In this document: one piece after another, positions 12,001 to 18,000 of the stretch | Position numbering within the stretch: position 1 is the stretch's first letter | Layout: each line of letters starts with the position of its first letter | NCBI GenBank assembly: GCA_937889945.1 | Contig: CALBZC010000013.1 | Coordinates: forward strand, 46,432 to 110,431 | DNA length: 64,000 nt | Reading direction: 5' to 3' | Source of the DNA: an uncultured Bacteroidales bacterium | GTDB lineage: Bacteria > Bacteroidota > Bacteroidia > Bacteroidales > UBA4417 | Translations under genes and position numbers: made by a program | The notes under the pieces: model-generated | Told to the model about the DNA's origin: nothing | What the model saw: the letters and a program-made list of their open reading frames with translations, nothing else | The model's database searches: none

Positions 12001-15000
12001 TTGAAACCAAAGACTTAATCGTTACAAGCAAAGATACATATTCAGGACAATGTCCTATTACTTTAATTCGTACATATACTGTAAAGGATTTGTGTGGAAA
12101 TAACGCTACCATACAACAAACCATAGAAATAAATGATACACAAGCTCCAGTAATCACCGGAAGTATACCCACCGAACATATAAGCGGATGTGAATTGGCA
12201 GTTGCTAATGAAAATTTGAATACGGTACCTCAATTTCTTGCTCAGTTTACTATGATAAGTATAACGGATTGTATATCAAATGACTTATTGAGCATTACCA
12301 AAAAAGATGTAGTAACTAAAACATCTTGCCCTATTACTATTGAAAGAACTTATACTATCACCGATATATGTGGAAAATCAAGCACGATTACCAGAACCAT
12401 ACTCATTGAAGATAATGAAAAACCTACTTATACAGGTAGTTTAAGTGATTTGAATATTAATGGTTGCCCATTATCGGATAAACCCTCAGCAGCTACAAAT
12501 TATAGCGAACTTGTAGGATTAGGATTGTTCGCCCATGATAATTGTACGGCAGACAATGATTTAAAAGTAACATCTTCCGATGCAGTTCCAACATCTGAAT
12601 GCCCAATTAAATTTGTCCGCACTTATACCATAAATGATGCATGTGATAATAGTTTAGTTCTTACTCAAAATATTTCTATCAATGACAATACAGCTCCTTT
12701 AATTACCGGAACTTTACCTACTACACCTATCCCCGGATGCGACATTAGTGCAGCACCTGCCCAATATAAAAATGTAGCTGAGTTAGAAGCTGCCGGATTA
12801 ACCATTACCGATTGCACCACAGATGATAAATTAACAGTAACGTGTGAACAGTCAACGGATAAAACGTGTCCCATTGTTGTGAAACGCGTATATACTGTTA
12901 CTGATCTTTGTGATAACAGTAGTTCATATACCCAATATTTCACAATAGAAGACAAAACGCCACCGACTATTAAAGATAAAGTTAACGGATTAATTGTTTC
13001 TACGCGTGATACACATGTCAATGGTTGTAAAATAACGGATGTTCCCGCTGCTAAAACAACAATTTTGGATATAGAAAAAGAGCTAAATGTTGATATTGCG
13101 GATGCTTGTTCAGGTAAAAACTTAACTTTCACAAGTACGGATAAACCCGTTCTTCTTACATGCCCATTCCATGTTGAACGAACATATACGGTTAAAGATG
13201 AATGCCAAAATTCTATTACAGTCATTCAAAATATTTATATTGAAGATAAAATAGCCCCTTCTGTTTCGTTACCTACCAAAGAAGTGAACCTAAGCGGCTG
13301 CAATACAAATATATTGCCATCTGCAACTCATAGTATCACTCAACTTGAAACGGATTTCGGATTTACTATTTCGGATAACTGTACGGCTAAAAACGAATTA
13401 ACATTTGTTTTCGATAAAGACACCCCCAATGGCAGTTGTCCTATTAAAGTTACACGCAGTGGATTTATTGTAGATAAATGTACAAATAGAACACCTATTA
13501 GCTTTGTATATAATATTGTAGATAATGAAGCACCTAAACTTGGCGGCATATTACCTACAGGAGAAACAAATATGAATATTTGTAGAGCTAATGCACCTAC
13601 AGGTCCTACAGAGGCTGAAATAAAAGCATTATATACAGACAATTGCAGCGATGTTACCGTAACAAAAACGGGAGGTGTTACAGGCGATGATTGTAGCTGG
13701 ACTGTGACTTATACTTATGCTATTGAAGACGCCTGTCATAATAAAGTTACGCCCTCACCCACAATCACTTACACTGGCGGAGACACAGAAGGTCCTCAGT
13801 TTACGCCTCCTGCTAATGTAAATGTAAATACGGATGCAGGCCAAAAATTTGCAACAGTAACCATTGCCGTTCCCACTGTTACGGATAACTGTGATGCTTC
13901 GCCGTTATTGGATAATAACAAAAACTCCGGTACAAATAACGCGAGTGGGCAATATCCTATTGGTACAACCACTGTGAAATATACTGCAAAAGACAAGTGT
14001 AATAATGTAACAGAGAAATCATTTACCGTAACGGTCACGGATAAAGAAGATCCTAAAATAACATGTAAAGCAGGCGGTCCTTTCAACAAGGATACCGATC
14101 CGGGTAAAGATTATTATACCGTTATAGGAACCGAGTTCGACGCGACAGCCACGGATAATTCAGGCACCGTTACATTAACAAACAATTTAAACGGCGGAAT
14201 TTCCCTAGCCGGTGTTCAACTTGGCTTAGGACCTAATTCTATAATATGGACGGCTACAGATCCTTACGGAAACAGTAAAACTTGTATTACTATTATCAAT
14301 GTTTCAGATAATGAACCGCCGCACATTGAATGTAAATTAGGTTCGCCGTTTAGTAGGAACACTGATAACGGACAACCTACTTATACGGTACAAGGTGAAG
14401 AATTTGATCCTGAGAAATTTGGAGATAATGTTGCAGGCGCTACTATTTCACACAACTTTACAGGAGCGCCAAGCACTACAACCTTAGCAGGAGCAAAATT
14501 ACCTATAGGTACGCACGATATTATATGGACTGTAAGAGATGTAGCCGGCAAAACAGCAACATGTACAACACGTGTAATAATAATCGATAACCAAAAACCT
14601 GAAATTACTTGCGTAGCAGGTTCTCCTTTTAGTAGAAACACAAATTCAGGCGCTAAAACATATACTGTGGTAGGCACAGAATTTAATCCTACAGTTGTAA
14701 GCGACAACTCTGGTACTTATACGCTAACCAACAGTTTTAACGGAACAAACACCTTAGCAGGCGCTACATTGCCAATCGGTTCTACTGATATTATATGGAC
14801 AGCAACTGATCCGTCAGGATTATTTGCAACATGCCCAATAAAAGTTATTGTCACTGATATTGAGCCCCCTGCAATTACATGTGCCGTAACAGGAAACCAA
14901 ACCATTACATTGGCTGCCGGAAGCAAAACATATACCCATAACGGAAAAAGTTGGGATGCCACGGCTACAGATAATGACGGAACAACTCCGGTTATGACCT

Positions 15001-18000
15001 ATACATTAAAAGATGACAAATCTGGAAATGTGATAGGAACAGGAAATTCATTAAACGGCGTTGTATTTAATATAGGTGAATATACTATTACCTGGGTGGC
15101 AACAGACCAAGCAGGCAACACGTCAACCAATCCTTGTGAGTTTAAACTTATCGTAAAAGACGATGAAAAACCTACATCATCAGCTAATTGTAATAATGGC
15201 GGACATTTTGACCGAAATATGGATAACGGCAAAAAAACATATACCATTAAAGCTACAGATAATTGGGATGTAGTATTTACAGATAATGACAAGGTTACCA
15301 CTCAAGGTGTTACCTTAAGCGGAGCCACTACCACAGCCACAACCTTAAGCACTTTGGTCGGGGTAGTACTAAACAAAGGTACTACAACCATAAAATGGGA
15401 TGCTATGGATGCAAGTGGCAACACATCCACTTGCCAATTTACGGTTACCGTTACAGATAATCAACCTCCGGTTATAAGTGTTTGTGAAAACAATATAACG
15501 TTACATGAAGCTAATACCGATGACGGAGTTAATACGTACACGGTTAAAGCAACGGATAATTGGGATGCCACTGTAACTGACAATGACGCTATGGCAAGTT
15601 TTACGGCTGTATTAAGCGGAGCTACCACAGCCACCATCAGCGGAACCGCTTACAGCGCCGGACCTCCTCCAGTAGCTTATATTCCGGCAACATTGGCAGG
15701 CACTACATTTAACATCGGAACCACTCATGTGAAATGGACTGCAACAGACATAAACGGGTTAACATCCGAATGTAATTTCACGGTAGAAGTTAAAGATATT
15801 GAAAACCCCAAACCTGATTGCCCTCCTACTTTGGATAAAATATACTATACGGATAACGGTGTGAGCACGTACACTATCAAAACCACCGATAATATAGATA
15901 TTTCCGCAACAGATAATAACGGTATTTTAAGTATTTCTTATGAATTAACAGGAAAAACAACCGGAACTGCTACAGGAACACCTAGTAGTCCCCCATCGTT
16001 GGTAGGGATACCTTTTAACATGGGTATTACCATGGTAAAATGGACTTTTACCGACAACTCCGGTAATAAGGCATATTGTTCCTATACTGTAACAGTAAAA
16101 GACTCTGAAACGCCTAAAATCACTAACTGTGTTGGGCAAGGATTATTATCTCCTGCTAGCGCGCCTGTTGATCCTGCCACCATTACCGATGCCATGCTTA
16201 TAACTGGAGGCTATGTGCAAACTGTAAATCCCGATTCCCATGAAAAATATTACACCCAAACAACTACCGCTTGGGACGCCACGGCTACAGATAATGTAAA
16301 CTTAGTTTCCATGACTTATAATTTAACGGGAGCTACAACAGGATCCGGCAACTCGTTACAAAATGCGAAGTTTACAGTAGGTCGAACACGTGTAACGTGG
16401 ACCGCTGTTGACGATTCCGGCAACAAATCTTACTGTATATTTATTGTAGATGTAGTGGATATCGAACCACCTACTTTAGATTGTAAAGGTATAGGAAGCC
16501 AAACAAAAAATACGGACGAAGGTAAAAATACTTATACTGTTCCTGATAATACTTGGGATGCAACAGCCACAGATAATGTAGAGTTATTTTCATTTGGATA
16601 TACGTTAACAGACCCTGATGGAGTAGTGGTAACAACAACAGGAACTACATTATATAACGTGTCCTTCAAAATTGGCACAAGTCACGTGAAATGGGTGGCT
16701 CGAGATATTTACGGATTAGAAGCTACGTGCGAATACGATATTACAGTAGTAGATAATCAACCGCCAAAATTCACAGACTGTGTAAATAGCCCTCTTGGTG
16801 ATAGAACTGTTGAAAACACACTAGGTAATACTTCATATATTCATAGCGGAACCGGATGGGATGCACACGCTACAGATAATGATTTTGTAGATGTATTTAA
16901 TGTTGAGCTAAGTGGCGCCACAACATTAACCATTGTAGGAAACCAAACAAATCCGCCTTCGTTAAACGGAGTTGAATTTAAGTCAGGACTTACCACCGTA
17001 CTATGGACTATTAAAGATAAAGCAGGACAAACAGTAACATGTTCATTCACGGTAAGAGTAATTGATACAGAACCACCTAAGCCGGATTGTGGCGCATTGG
17101 TAGATCAAACTAAAAACGCGGATGACGGTGTATCTACATATACACATACGGATAATTCTTGGAATGTAACCGCAACAGACAATGACGCGATAAAATCCAT
17201 GGAATACGTTCTTTCAGGTGCAACCACAGGTACGGGAAATACGTTGAACGGGGTTAATTTTAATGTAGGTTTAACACATGTATTATGGGTAGTAACGGAT
17301 AATTCAGACAATACAGCCACTTGTAAGTTTGATGTTACGGTTAAAGATAATCAACCGCCTAAATTAGACTGTGAGGCAGGTTCTAATAAATTGGTTACCA
17401 CAGACCCTGGTCTCAATGTATTTATTAAATCAGGAACGGATTGGGATGCGAAAGTAAACGAAAACCATCTGCTTAAAAGTTTAACATACACACTATCCGG
17501 TGCAACCAAAGGAACCGGTAGTACGTTAAATGGAACCGTATTCAAAATGGGAGTTACAACTGTTACTTGGATAGCAACAGATGTTTCAGGAAACGTATCT
17601 CTGCCTTGTGAATATACCGTTACTGTTGAAGATAAAGAACCTCCTGTAATTACCAACTGCGCCTTGATTACGGCAAATCCTATAATTACAGTTGTTGCAG
17701 AAATTGGCACCAATAAATATATTAAATTAGGAACAGACTGGGATGCAATTGCCACAGATAATGATGAAGTGAAGAGCGTGATTTACACTATGACAGGAGC
17801 AACCACTGGAACAGGTTATACACTAAATGGTGTACAGTTTAACATAGGCGAAACAACTATTACTTGGATAGCAACAGATAAGAGTGGTAATACCTCTGCT
17901 CCATGTACATTTATATTTAGGTTGGAAGATAAAGAACCTCCTAAAATATCAAATTGTAAAGATGGAAGCAACAAGGATGTGGATGCAGAACACGACAAAA

